The notes beneath the pieces were generated by a model that saw nothing but the letters and a program-made list of their open reading frames with translations, had not been told where the DNA came from and did not search any database. The position numbers were made by a program, and so were the translations under genes. Of a stretch of 64,000 bases of DNA, positions 13,162-26,207 are shown in pieces (position 1 is the stretch's first letter; each line of letters begins with the position of its first letter). This DNA comes from Eledone cirrhosa. Taxonomy: Eukaryota. The stretch spans positions 19,902,001 through 19,966,000 of the forward strand of contig OZ024755.1 in NCBI GenBank assembly GCA_964016885.1, given 5' to 3'.

Positions 13162-13260
13162 TATAATAACTAGAAATTGATTAACATATAAATAAACATG
13201 AATAATCACATCCTGTGATTATTCATGTTTATTTATGTTAATCAATTTCTAGTTATTATA
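13162..13260. repeat. Near-perfect inverted repeat, about 48-bp arms, 3-nt loop
   Basis: TATAATAACTAGAAATTGATTAACATA(TA)AATAAACATGAATAATCACA-tcc-reverse complement. Confidence 0.95.
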
Positions 13261-13280
13261 TATATATATATATATATATA

Positions 13281-13464
13281 TTATAGAAGGAGCTTCTACA
13301 GGACTAGTACTGTTTCATTCAGATGAAATCTTCAGGAAGATTTCATCTGAATGAAACAGTACTAGTCCTGTAGAAGCTCCTTCTATAAAATAAAAAAAAA
13401 TTACTCTGCCATGTATTGAGTACCTTACTTACTGTGGTTATCCCCGACTCAACCCGGGACCTAC

Positions 13465-13466
<2 letters not shown>
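13281..13466 (+). mobile_element. Fold-back element, family C: perfect 53-bp inverted arms containing a hammerhead, plus a unique 3' tail
   Basis: Arms 13281-13333 and 13336-13388; tail with GTATTGAGTAC; flanked by (TA)n; homologous to 42491-42628. Confidence 0.8.
13293..13339 (-). ncRNA. Type I hammerhead-like motif (family C)
   Basis: CTTC-CTGAAGA-tTTC-atct-GAAt-GAAA-CAG-tactagtc-CTG-TA-GAAG; GUA cleavage triplet; U-U at 10.1/11.1. Confidence 0.6.
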
Positions 13467-13504
<38 letters not shown>

Positions 13505-13506
13505 TA

Positions 13507-13718
13507 TATTAGAAAGTGAGTTTTTTTTTACAAATTGAAAAAACTCGAGTTGTCCTACACAAGTGAAAGTATAAGGAAAACAGATGAAATCGAAAATGCA
13601 ACTGGAGTCTTTTTAAAAAAGAAATATATATTTACTTAGTTCCTTTACCGGTTTCGCAATTCTTCTGCTTTTCAAAAGTAGAATTGAGATGGAGGGTTTG
13701 TGGTTTTTCTCCCAGCCG
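13507..13718 (-). mobile_element. Short TA-embedded element, family E, with U3-A8 hammerhead at 13642-13678
   Basis: Homologous over its full length to 56049-56290 and 56891-57106; flanked by (TA)n. Confidence 0.8.
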
Positions 13719-13735
13719 TATATATATATATATAT

Positions 13736-13927
13736 AACAGATTAAAATTTAAGCAAAGAATCGCTGCTTTCACCCTTAACGGGATCTTCTGAAAATCCAG
13801 TTAAGGGTGAAAGCAGAGATTCTTTGCTTAAACTTTAATCTGTTGTTTTAATAAATATTTCCTCTATGGTTTTTATATATTTGATATATATATTATCCTT
13901 ATCGAGCCCTCTTCGGATTTTAGTCTT

Positions 13928-13930
<3 letters not shown>
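13736..13930 (+). mobile_element. Fold-back element, family D (arms 13736-13844, apex about 13790)
   Basis: Imperfect 54-bp inverted arms; right arm CTGAAAA-TCCA-GTTAA-GGGT-GAAAGCAGAG-attc-TTTGC-TT is hammerhead-like. Confidence 0.65.
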
Positions 13931-13979
<49 letters not shown>

Positions 13980-14049
13980 TTGGTTCAGTTTGAAAATGGT
14001 TAGACCATTACTCAACACTTGGTTTAGTAGATTATAATTATATGCAATG

Positions 14050-14150
14050 AATCGGGACCCGACCGCTGAGCTCTTGCCGTCCAAACAACTAGTTCCTGAC
14101 TCAGGTTCTCGCTGTTAAAACGGCAAGAGCTTAGTCGTCAGGTCCCAACT
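14050..14150. mobile_element. Older, diverged fold-back copy of family B
   Basis: GGGACCCGACCGCTGAGCTCTTGCCGT ... ACGGCAAGAGCTTAGTCGTCAGGTCCC inverted arms. Confidence 0.65.
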
Positions 14151-14169
14151 AATTATAGTATATATATAT

Positions 14170-14363
14170 ATAGGAACGAGTAGGACCCCGACGGCTGAGC
14201 TCAAGCCGTTTCGACGGCTAATTCTGGGTCCAGAATTAGCCGTCGAAACGGCTTGAGCTCAGCCGTCGCGGTCCTACTCGTTCCTATTACCCACTCTACT
14301 ACCCTAAGTATTGAGTACTCTGGTGCGTTATGGTCCAGCTGGTTCCTTACCACATTTCCTTCG

Positions 14364-14366
<3 letters not shown>
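14170..14366 (+). mobile_element. Fold-back element, family B: 58-bp arms (one mismatch), 2-nt loop, unique tail
   Basis: Arms 14170-14227 and 14230-14287; GAAA-CGGCT-tgagctc-AGCCG-TC is a hammerhead stem III with GUC; flanked by (TA)n. Confidence 0.8.
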
Positions 14367-14423
<57 letters not shown>

Positions 14424-15205
14424 AGAGAGACATATATATATATGAAAGAATATATTATATTAGTACGTATAATAAACATACTAAGTCTCATTGTGATTAT
14501 TTTAAGCAGTGATTACCGTGTGAGAATGCCAAACAATAGTTGGATGATGTTCTATTGAAATAACATTGAAAAGTATTATGAAGTTATTTTCTTATCGGCT
14601 TCCTTTATATTTTATACAAGTCTAATGTTAAATATCAACAGCAAAAAGTCAGGAGAAAATAATCTGAAATCGGTAAACATTTCTGCAAAAGATAATTTCA
14701 ATTACTTGAAGGTGGTGGGGCAAAATAATTTTATAATCTGAATATGATAATTTATTTGCAGCGTGATATTAGCAACAACACTGAAATTTAATGTCTTCAA
14801 TATATGGATGTCACAGTAACCTTCGTGTTTATTGATGATACATATGTTGTCATATATGACGTCACAACAACCGAATCTGTCTTTACAGCTATCATCGATG
14901 ACAGTTGCTATCTGGGGATATAAACCTTTCACATTTTTCCTTACTATTTTTCATTTTGGTTTCATTTTGGTCCCATTGCTCCGCTTTATTGTTTTTTCTT
15001 ACGTTCAAACATAGGTTATTTGAAATATAACGTTTACACCTCCAACGGCGATCACAGATTTTCTTTTAGATTGAAAAACAAAGCCACAGCAGATGGGGGT
15101 TAATAATTCTGTGAGTAACATACGTTTCAACCTACAAATAACATTTATTAATCTATCAGCCCAGTAACTCAGAAGTATACGGTAGGCATTATTATATGTT
15201 AGATC

Positions 15206-15365
15206 GGACGCCATGCTTTCCAGCATAGTTACGCCCCTTTACGATCTGAGTTCAAATCCCGCCGAGGTTGACTTTGCCTTTCATCCTTACGGGGTCGATA
15301 AAATAAAAGTACCAGTAATGCACTGGGTATTTGCTGGCCTTGTGCCTAAAGTAGAAACAATTATT
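15206..15365 (+). mobile_element. Meta-domain SINE, 5'-truncated, with 18-bp target-site duplication
   Basis: ATTATTATATGTTAGATC at 15188-15205 and 15360-15377. Confidence 0.9.
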
Positions 15366-15397
15366 ATATGTTAGATCATCGTAATAATTCATAAATA

Positions 15398-15495
15398 GGC
15401 GGTGGATTGGCAGAATCGGTAGAGCGGTGAACGCCATTCCTTGCAGCATAGTTACGGCCCTTTAAGGTCTGAGTTCAAACCGCAACGAGGTTAAT
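15398..15495 (+). mobile_element. Meta-domain SINE, tRNA head only
   Basis: GGCGGTGGATTGGCAGAATCGGTAGAGCG...GAGTTCAAAC. Confidence 0.85.
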
Positions 15496-18400
15496 AGAAA
15501 ATACTCAGCATTACCACATTTCTATATATTTGCTTTTTATAAGCAGAGAACTGTCGAGTAACATTACATTTATTGTTTTCTTAAAATGGTGTTATTTACT
15601 TGAAGGTCGTAGGTTTTACTTTTCACGTTCGTATTGTGGATGAGGTGAAATATCACAACCCTTGACATCAGATCGAACAAAGAATGTTATAGTGCTTTAT
15701 AAGGACACTAAATAACACCGGAGACTTGATAAATACGATGCAGCTGATGTTAGGCCTCATGGATTATTAAGAATCGACATTAAGTTACAGATAGTCATAT
15801 AATTACTTACTCGTCACGTACGTCGTAAAACTAGATTAATTGTTTTCTGTTTGTGTAAACTACAAAAGTTATGTGACATTTAGCAAGAAGGTTTGGGAAT
15901 TATGGAACAATTAATTGTTTAGACTTGGATTTGTTTTCTGTAGAGTTTTTAACAATTTATTTACTTTTCTGTTATTTGCTGTTGTCATTCATACAAATAT
16001 TAGCTATGAAGTTTGTATAGTATTAAAATGCTAAACAGAACCATGGGATTTGACGGAAATAGCTAAACGTTTTTCCAAATTATTCAGACTTGATGTAAAC
16101 CTGATTCTCTACCACATACACAATGTTTAAATTAGATATCTGGTTTTACATAAAATAAATGACTATGTCAACAGAATAAAATACATTTATTGACACGGGA
16201 ATAGAAACCTGACAATATTATTGTAACGACAATTTTATGATGTCGAATGAATTATAGGATCAATATATTTTTTTGGCTACATATACACATATACATAGTT
16301 GCATGATTATTGATACTTCGATTACTGATTCTAAATTGCAGAGTTTGAATTCAGAATGCGAGAGCAAAATAAATACAGTTTCTTTATCCTAAACAGTGTT
16401 TCAAGCTTGTAGATAAATGCAAAATCAATTGAATTAAAATATTTCAGGAAATATATTTGTATTAAGCTCAGCGAGATAATGAGCAGAGTTGACTCCAGTG
16501 AAATATGACCTCTGAATACAAATTGACAAGGTTAAATATTACAATTTATTCTGTAAAATATGTAAGCGTACTGACCATGGTATTATAATCTGTATTCTTT
16601 TTTATTTACTATTATAACAACTGACAAATATATTTATCATCGACAGCTAGTAAACGTGGAAACACCCATACAAAGGAAATATAAAGATGAATCGGTAGCT
16701 GAATGGTTAATAAATCAGGTGTATTATTCAATGCAAATATACTGTATATAACATCAAGCGTTGGTGTTCTTAGGGTGTAAAATATGTCTTTTAATGTATG
16801 CCATGTAGCATGAAGCTAATACGAAGACATTTAACAACATTTCGAAATCCCTGGTGTTATCTTATATTCTATAAATACTGCTGGAAAACACAGAAATAAG
16901 TAGAGTTAAGGCATCGCTAGGTATTAAGAAGACAGCAGTGAACATATTAAAATTGAGTGAAGAGTGACTCAAATTATATGAATTCTTGCATATATAAGTC
17001 ATGTATAGCTAATAGCGTTTTGTGCAAAGATGTGAAATGATATTAAATATTCTTATGGAAGAAATTCGTTTTACTTTCCAATACTGGAAATATTGATTTA
17101 TGATTGGTGAGGCAGAAAGGTCAGTTGGAAAGTATGGACAATCCATATATCTCCTAAAATATTACATAATAAAAACATTTCACTGAGTGTTAGAATGATG
17201 TTACGACCTTACTCCATGTTGCTCACTTCTCGCTACTCCGGCGGGGGTGGCTGAGTGTGTATATATATATAAATATATATAGATATATATATATATATAT
17301 ATATATCAGAAGTGAAAAAAAAAACGTCATTTCACTATTTCATCATCTAAAGATGCTGCCTTTAAGTTCCGGTTTGTCAGAGATAAAAATGTTAAACAAC
17401 CACAGAATATTTTTCAGTAGAATATTTACATAAAGCAATGTGGTACACTAAAGACATTGTATTCTTATATCTCATTCTATCGCAGTCTATTACATGATCA
17501 AAGTAAATTTCAAAGACTCTAAATAGTCGATTGAACTGCTAGAACTAGCAGCCACATTTCCCAAAGAATACTATTTACCCTCTTCAAAAAGAACATGCTG
17601 GATAAAGTTTTCTTCTCCTTCCACGTATTCCTGAGAGGGTTGTGGGAGGCAGCGTCCTTTAACACGTCTTCTAGCGGGTTCTGTCAAAAGCAACACTTTC
17701 TAACTGATTCGGCTGAATCACCTACATTGGTGTCTTGGGATACGCAATCTTTGCGAGTCCATCACATACCTCCCAGGACAGGTCGCAGGCCCATCGCCAA
17801 TTTTTACGGCATGAAATGGAGACTGCAATATATCTTTTTCAAACAGGGCCCTCTACCTAAGTAATCATGAAAAATAAAGATCAGGATGATCTTGTCCGGA
17901 ATGTATTATACAGACATTAGGTCTATCAGAGTTGATTTGGTCTGAACAACAAAAATAACTGCAAAAGGAAACGTTTGAAATAGAATCAGAATATTTATGT
18001 GATGTTTTCAACTCTATCTGGGATTCATTGTTAGTTCGGATATCAGGAAACTTGAAGCTGCAATACGGTTTTGAAGATCTTGGTGATAACCATTAAAGTA
18101 TGATCGATGAGGGCGATATATATTCTCTTTAAAATGCCAGTTTCTCAATAAATAAAAACTAATTGATCACTTTTCTGATAAGAACATTTCATAAGGTGTC
18201 TCGGATTGTATTTGTAAAGTAATTATAACTTAGCAGATGTCAAATTAATGCCCTTCTTTGAATAGAATGAATGCGTTTTACAGACAACCGAGTATTCTAA
18301 CAAAATATTGAAAATTTACGAGAGCATCATTAGCTAGAATTTTGGAAAATATTGATATTTTCGAAGATCTCAGAGATAGGAAATATTTATAATGAAGTAA

Positions 18401-18608
18401 TTAATATACAATTATATTAATACAAATATATAAATGCTATTTGCAAAACTGTAGTCTCAGTTTTGGTAATTAGAAAAGTAATTAAAAATTATCGTAATCA
18501 AAATATATATATGTATATGTGTATGTAAGTGTGTTTGTATATAAATATATATATGTATATGTTTGTATATGAATGTGTGTGTATATATGTATGTAAATGT
18601 ATATATAC

Positions 18609-18877
18609 AAAGGGCGGAATAACTCATAAGAGTCAACGGCCATTCAAAAGTGTGTAAATATGTATATACACATGTACCGCGCGGTTAAACCACTGGGAGT
18701 GAAGGACCCATAGCCTTTGTCAGGGCATTCTTCTAGGAGAAGGAAACTCAGTAGTTACCAAAGATGTTGATCTTTTCTTTTCGGGTTATAGCTACTGTCG
18801 CTCAGAGAGTGGGATTGCCTCAGTGCACAGTCTTTCCTTACTTTAAAAAATATCTTCACGCACAGGCATTGCACGAT
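18609..18877 (+). mobile_element. RTE 5' UTR-like or RTE-related SINE fragment
   Basis: Contains CAGGGCATTCTTCTAGGAGAAGGAAACTC, resembling a conserved RTE 5' UTR motif. Confidence 0.45.
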
Positions 18878-18951
18878 AGAATTAATTAATAATTATTAAT
18901 AATGGTATATCGTGCAATGGGCATACTCGATAACGAGGCGGCAGCCATCAA

Positions 18952-18993
<42 letters not shown>

Positions 18994-19723
18994 TGGTGTG
19001 TGTGTTTATATATTTATATATATACGCACAATCACACACACAAATATATAAAGAGATAGGTATGTAGATAGGTATCGAGATACACACATGATTATCTATG
19101 AAATTCATTCAATTATAGCCTAAGGAAAAAATATACTTAGTCGAATCTAATTGTAGTCTCGGAAGAATTAGAGCAGTGGCCTTCCTACGATTTCAATTAT
19201 GTCTGGAATGGCTCTGCCACAGTTGCTCATGATGTGGACCCTCTTTCTACCTGTTTTACTATTCGTTTATCTGGGTAACAGCCATAATATTGTGACCAAA
19301 GGCAAGTTGTTGAATATTGTAAATTGTTTCCGCTTGAATATCTAGAACATGTTAGCAAAAACTTGATAAAACATCAGACCCCATACGTTAGGTTATGACG
19401 GGCAAAATGAATATGTCTGACAAAGACTGACACATAATGTAGACTTGCTGCTGGCTGAATAGGCTAAGGCAATAGTCGGGAGGACACTCTGATAGTGTTG
19501 AAGGAACACGTATGCACACATACCCGCACATACAAACACAAACAACACATACATGCATACACACACAACCCATACATGCATACACGCACATACAACACAA
19601 ACATGCATACACGCACATACAACACATACAACACACACACATACATACACACAGATAAAGATATATATTTATATATCTATATATTTTTTTACTTCTCTTT
19701 TACACTTATTGAAATGGATTCTA

Positions 19724-19917
19724 TAATTGTTTCTACTTTTTGGCACAAGGCCAGCAATTACCCAGTGCATTACTGGTACTTTATTTTATCGACCCCGTAA
19801 GGATGAAAGGCAAAGTTTTAACCTCGGCTGAATTTGAACTCAGACCATAAAGGGCCGTAACTCTTTGCTGCAAAGCATGGTGTCCGACCCTCTACCAATC
19901 CTGCAAATCCACCGCCC
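19724..19917 (-). mobile_element. Meta-domain SINE, full length
   Basis: Complete head to tail family match. Confidence 0.9.
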
Positions 19918-20177
19918 TAACGGACTCTATAATGCATGCATATATGGTGACGTAAATTCTGAGGAAGTTATAGGGGTGCCGTATTATAATACGGCCTTTC
20001 TGGGGCCTTTTAAAATCTGGTGGAGCCGATCTCCTCTCCGGGTCTGAATACAGCAGATTTCTTCCAGAGAAGGATAGAGAGAGAGTGAGAAAATATATAG
20101 AGGAAGAATCTATCACAGTAGTTGACTGGTACTTTTTATCGACCTCCAATGGTTGAAAGGCAACGTTGACCACGTGT

Positions 20178-20400
20178 TTCGAAGCTGTGATACCTCAATT
20201 CGGAGAAGTAGCGGCTCTACCTGGAGTGACTCTCTGATCTCCGAGCTACACACTCTATCGAGTAACGTTACTCCAAAGACCCTTCCGAGGAATCCCATTT
20301 CGGCCCCTTATATTCGCGATCATATTCTTTCGGTCATTACATAAGATTCATGACTATGGGTAAAGGTTGGCACAGAAACCGAATTGAAGATAGCGAGTTT
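20178..20400 (-). mobile_element. RTE LINE fragment joined to a Meta-SINE fragment (20100-20175)
   Basis: ...YES(Y)VMT...EMGFLGRVFGVTLLDRVCSSEIRESLQVEPLLLRIE.SQLR; same family as 63440-64000. Confidence 0.85.
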
Positions 20401-20859
20401 GGTTCTAGACTCTACAATACTAAATCACCAGTTCTCACAAGATGAGAAATCTATGATTTTATGGAAAAGCGAAAAAACAAATCGTGAGGTCATCATACTG
20501 AATGGTAGTATGATCGAATCAGTAACAATGCACAAAGAAGGACATTAAACATTATGTGAAAACAAGCGAGAAAATATCAATAATGTTTTTCGTCTTTGCA
20601 GAAGAAATGGAATTTAATTAATTTGAAGTATTAGATTTTGGACAGAAAAAAATGTAGTTTATTTAATATTTCTATCTCAAATATATAAAGAATAATAAGA
20701 GTGTGTTCAGGTTTGCTTCAATAATATTTTACAGGAATAATATTCTATAGGAAAAATAATTACAGTGAAATATATTTTTTTCTTTTTCCTTTTTTCTTGC
20801 AAATGTGCACAAAATTTAATATATGATTCGGACATAATGCTAAATAATTGCAACATATA

Positions 20860-20864
20860 TATAG

Positions 20865-20895
<31 letters not shown>

Positions 20896-20954
20896 GAGAG
20901 AGAGACACATATATATATAGAGAGAGACACATATATATATAGAGAGAGAGAGAC

Positions 20955-20985
<31 letters not shown>

Positions 20986-21052
20986 AAGAGACATATATAT
21001 ATAGAGAGAGACATATATATATAGAGAGACACACACAGAGAGAGAGACGCAC

Positions 21053-21131
<79 letters not shown>

Positions 21132-21160
21132 TATCTACACACAAACATATATATATGTGT
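20860..21160. repeat. (CA)/(TA)/(GA) compound microsatellite
   Basis: Direct inspection. Confidence 0.95.
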
Positions 21161-21364
21161 GTACACGCGCACCCCCACACATCTATATGCATAACTTCAA
21201 ATGATAGAGTGTTTATTAAAAATTATGCCTCAAGTTATTTCTTGATTCTCAAAGATTTGAAGAACAAAAACAAAATGGCCACGTTTGTAGCCACACCGTT
21301 GATGTTTGGTCAACTAGATCTTAGCTCATCTAGAACTTAATTCTGTACAAGTTCCGGAGATTAT

Positions 21365-21548
21365 ATTGGCAGTATCAGTAGAGAGTCGGACGCCATGCTT
21401 TGAAGCATAGAGTTACGTCCCTTTATGATCTCAGTTCAAATTCCGCCGAGGTTAACTTTGCCTTTCATCCTTACGGGGTCGATAAAATAAAGTGCCAGTA
21501 CTGTACTGGGTAATTGCTGGCCTTGTGCCAAAAGTAGAAACAATTATA
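21365..21548 (+). mobile_element. Meta-domain SINE, near full length
   Basis: Family consensus match. Confidence 0.9.
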
Positions 21549-22229
21549 CTTAACACTTTCGATAATCCAGTCTGTTTTAAAGATAAAACCATCTGTAACT
21601 CAACATTTCACTACCTCTTTCTTATTGATATTGCCCTACAGAGAGAAAAGCCTAAAATAAACCACATTGTTATCATTCATTTAGTAGGGTCTCAAGGAAG
21701 GATTATGGACACTGTTTTTTTTTTCTGACCAACTAAAATAAGTTTTATTCCATTTCAAACCAGAAATACGTTGCTATGTGCTTTAGAAATTAAGTTGAGA
21801 AAAATGCCCAGCTTTTCTGAAAGAATTACATCACTAATATGATTCATTTCACAATTCCCCACACGAGCACAATGCCATTAATATAGAGAGAGACGACATT
21901 GCATGACTAATTGCTTTCCTCTAAAGAATTAGTTGCATAAAGGAGTGAAATGGATTCAGTTGGTAATCTTTAGTGTCTCATGATTTAATAATCACATGTG
22001 AAATTTACCGTTAACTCTCGAGATAATTAATTATTTAACAAAATTATTTGACTAACCGAAAATATTTTATAAGGAATTCCTTAGGTTGATAAAGAAAACA
22101 AGAAATTTTCTTTTGGAAAGAAACTACGATAGTTTCTATAGTTTTGATTATATCTGAAGTTATTTCTTGTTTCTGAAAGAATGTTGTAAAGTTAATCGAA
22201 CGAAATACATATCTATGTATCATTATTGG

Positions 22230-22690
22230 CAGGTTGACTTTGCCTTTCATCCTTACGGGGTAGATAAAATAAAGTATCAGTAATGCACTGGGTGATTGCT
22301 GGCCTTGTGCCTAAAGTAGAAACAATTATTGGCAGTATCGGTAGACCGTCGGACAACATACATCGCGGCCCTTTACGTTCTCAGTTCAAATCCCGCCGAG
22401 GTTAACATTGCCTTTCATCCTTACAGGGTCGATAAAATAAAGTACCAGTAATACACTTGCTAAAAGTAGAAAAAAATTATTATATTGACCATTGAGGCGG
22501 TGGGTTGACTGTAATCGGTAGAGCGTCTGACAACATGCCTTACGGTGTATAGTTATGGCACTATTACATTCTAAATTTAAATCCCGCCGAGGTTAACTTT
22601 GCCTTTCATCCTTACGGGGTCGATAAAATAAAGTACCAGTAATACACTGGGATAATTGCTGGCCTTCTGCCAAAAGTAGAAACAATTATT
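22230..22690 (+). mobile_element. Head-to-tail cluster of three Meta-domain SINEs
   Basis: Copies at about 22233-22330, 22330-22480 and 22496-22690. Confidence 0.9.
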
Positions 22691-23789
22691 TGATAATGCA
22701 GTCCTAGATTCAGGAGATGGTTATGTTTGGAATACCTTTGGCCATACACATACTTGATTCAGCTTGACGTGAGGCAAATTGAGTAAGAGAAGTAATAGTT
22801 TCTCCCTAGATACACCTGACCAAGGTTTTCCTTTTATGGGTCACCATTAGTTGTTCATGCACCAAATTTTCCCCCACCATGTCACTGACATTATCCAAGG
22901 GAAAGGCAAATGCTGCTATACTTAGGAACGAGATACGTTACAGCTGGCTGAGCGTAAATAGCCTGAATAAAACCACAAGGTCTTTTGTGCAACATTCTAT
23001 TTTGTGAAACATCGCCTATTATCCACCGTTGGTACTCTATTTTAACGACCCTGAAATGATGAGAAGTACATTTAATCTTTGCGGGATTTGAACTATTGTA
23101 ACCTAAGTGGTATTTTGTTCGACAATCATCCCAGTCATTTATCGCAGTATTCCTCTGATAATTTGATGATAATCAGGCAGAAAGTTTAGTCAAAATTTAG
23201 TAATCTCATGTTTCAAAGACGGCTTAACCTTCATATCAAACAAAGATGACATCTGAACGGACGCTTAATGCCAACGTGATGATATATTTTTCTCTTTTAT
23301 TGTGTGAATTCAGCAGATATTATCTGAAGATCGTCTGAAGAATCACAATAAAGCATTGATTATGTGAGATATTCAGAAGACTTACAGTAAGGTTCAGCTA
23401 AGATTAGTTACCAAATACGCTGACAAAACCTTTTGATGTAAGTAGGTTCGCGTAAATCAAAGAAAACGTGTATCAGTCAAAGACATAAATGAATCTTAAT
23501 CACGACGAAAGCCGATAACCATCATAAAAGTAATTAAATATTGCCGTCTAAATTGTTCATTCCAGTAAATTCCATTATTTTAATGTATTACATTGTGAGA
23601 ATTTAGTGGTTAACATATTTCGGATTCAAACCTGATTGAGAGAAGGAGAATTCTCCCTATATGGAGAGATATTTATACGGAAAATAGGATGTAGAAAAAT
23701 AATTGTCATGAAAATAAATAAAATAAAATAAAATAAAATTACATAAAAATAAGAACAAAGGAAACACGCGTAATAAGTGGAACAGGAAT

Positions 23790-23971
23790 AAATGTTTCTG
23801 ATTTTGGCACAAGGCCAGCAATTATCCCAGTGCATTACTGGTACTTTATTTTATCGACCCCGTAAGGCAAAGTTAACCTCGGCGGGATTTGAACTCAGGG
23901 CATAAAGGGCCATAACTCTTGCTGCAAAGCATGGCGTGCGACCCTCTACCGATACTGCCAATCCACCGCCC
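23790..23971 (-). mobile_element. Meta-domain SINE, full length with small internal deletion
   Basis: Family consensus match. Confidence 0.9.
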
Positions 23972-24589
23972 TATACTGCCAATAAATAATGCCGTTTAAG
24001 AAGGGTAATGAAGAAGAGAGAGTAAAAATGAGAGAGAGTGATATGGATATATAAAGACACACTGTTGTCTTTAAACCCCATATTACAACAGTTTGAGCAG
24101 AACAGACTTATGGTTAAATAAGTTCCAAATATGACTACTCCTTACAATTTTTATTCTTTAGGCTCATGTCATTCCTGATCAAAGACGTCCCAGCTATAAT
24201 AAGTACGTCCTTTGTTTTAGTATTATTATTTTTCAAGCAGTCAGAGGACATTATTCAGTCTGACTCATTCTTTTAAAAGATATTAGAGTATGATTTGGGA
24301 GAGGGAATTTGACATCTATTTCTAGCAATTCGAAAGAACCCATTGAAGAACTCTAGTTGGCTGGGCTACACTTTTGTTTTCAAATATAGCGTATCTAGAA
24401 CTACATTATTCAGTGAGTTTTTTAAAGACATTAGAGCTGGTTTTGTATGGACTAGCTGTTATTTCTAACAGATCCTCGAATTAAAAGACAGTGTATATAT
24501 TTATAAGAAAGTTAAATAGAATTCATGTATTTAAAATAGAAGAGAAGAGGAAAAGAATGGGATGGATAAAGAAATGAAGCAAAATAAAT

Positions 24590-24800
24590 CGTTTCTCAAA
24601 TAGGTATAAGACCTTGAATTTAGGGATAGGTGGCTAGTTAAGTAAATGGAACACAGTACTTAACTGCCAGTTTATTTTATCAATATTGGAATAATAAAGA
24701 GCAAAGTCAATCTCGGTCTGATTTGAATAAATACTGTAAAGAGCCAAAACAAATACGAGGCATTTGTTCGACTCACTAACAATTCCTCCCAAACACCGCC
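24590..24800 (-). mobile_element. Old diverged Meta-domain SINE
   Basis: CAGTTTATTTTATCAAT...GCAAAGTCAATCTCGG..ATTTGAA. Confidence 0.55.
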
Positions 24801-25386
24801 CAAACAACCAAATATAATTTAAGAGCAAAGCTCAACCTATGTAAATAGTTCAGAGCTAATTTCTGTTATATACAGTGAAGATGTTCAATGATAAACTGTT
24901 ACATAGTAATATATAATTTTGCTACAAAATAATAATATAATAAAATTGAATATATAAGTCTATGTGCGACTTAAGTGAATAATGACTTTAACGCAAAGCA
25001 ATCATTTATATTCTCATACCTAATTATATAACTACATTTCTTTCCAGCTTATTAGTATCTGATCATAGTGTACTTTGTTCAGTAGATCTGTCATAGTTTT
25101 TAAAAACGTCATTCCTTCAATTAACAAATTGTCATCCACGTGGGACTACACAACACCTTCCTTAATAATAGATTGAGAAAAATTTATATCATTTGTACAA
25201 GCACTGTGGTGATAGAAATCTTTCTGCAAGTACATTTTACTCGTACATATAGTGAACATTCCTAGCAAAAGATGATTATCAGGTAGTCTTTATTAGACGT
25301 ATTGTGACGTATGGTTTCTTCAAACACAACTGCTAATTACTACCTAATTACTACTCTTCTTAAAATGTCAATAAACACACTTTCAG

Positions 25387-25458
25387 AGAAAGGAGAAAGA
25401 ACGACAATAGAAAGGAGAAAGAACGACAATAGAAAGGAGAAAGAACGACAATAGAAAG
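25387..25458. repeat. 22-bp tandem repeat, 3 copies
   Basis: AGAAAGGAGAAAGAACGACAAT x3. Confidence 0.95.
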
Positions 25459-25719
25459 CTTTTGACAACAAAAGCTAAAATTAATTTCACTACCTGAGAT
25501 TTCACAAACCTTGAACTTTACTGAAAAATAATATATTTTTAATCAGTGTGTGGATGATTTTCTTTTCTTGTAAACAACTCACTAAACCAATCTTTAATTA
25601 ACTTTACTTAGTTATCGAAACTTTTAAATTTTCACATAACCACTTCTATATATTTACCACATCACATATCTTCATTGCCCTTTAACTTATATTCCATTGC
25701 ACCTCATATATTTAGTATA

Positions 25720-25932
25720 ATGAGGTCGATAAAAAAAGTGCAAGTATAGTATGAAGGGGCGATATCTCTTTCTCAGTTCCTTTCACTCACTCTCTATCCT
25801 TCTTTGGTGGAAACCTGCTGTAGTCAAGCCTGGAGAGGGGATGGTTTCTATCACGTCTAAAATGGCTTTAAGAAACACTGTATACCAATATGTTACCCCT
25901 ACGACTCCTTCCGGATCCATACCATACTATAT
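25720..25932 (+). mobile_element. Long-tailed Meta-SINE subfamily fragment
   Basis: GGTCGATAAAAAAAGT followed by a tail homologous to 34200-34360 and 40040-40240. Confidence 0.55.
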
Positions 25933-26119
25933 TATAATTACCATAGACAAGCAACCCCCTCAACGTGAATTATGTTTCTCATCTTAAACACACGCTCACA
26001 TACACACATATATATATATGCATTATGCCCAGTATTGAGTACTCTACTTCCCATTCAATACAGTTAAGGTGTGTATATATAAAGGACGATTTGTTATGTC
26101 TTCATTACGTTTATTGAGT

Positions 26120-26207
26120 AGAGACACGCGTTTCGCTATTGGTCAGCTCAAGGTTCGATCTGTATCGATCTAACACAACTCTGGAATCAAAAGCTCATCG
26201 GACCTCT
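26120..26207 (-). ncRNA. Degenerate hammerhead-like motif with long stem II
   Basis: AGAGGT-CCGATGA-GCTTTTGATT...GATC-gataca-GATC...GACCAATAGC-GAAACGCGT-GTCTCT. Confidence 0.45.

Noticed and set aside
15398-15495. tRNA gene
   Set aside because: A and B boxes belong to SINE heads; no complete cloverleaf and the sequence continues into SINE body
16500-18450. Further decayed LINE coding remnants
   Set aside because: Only isolated short motif resemblances; boundaries and family cannot be supported
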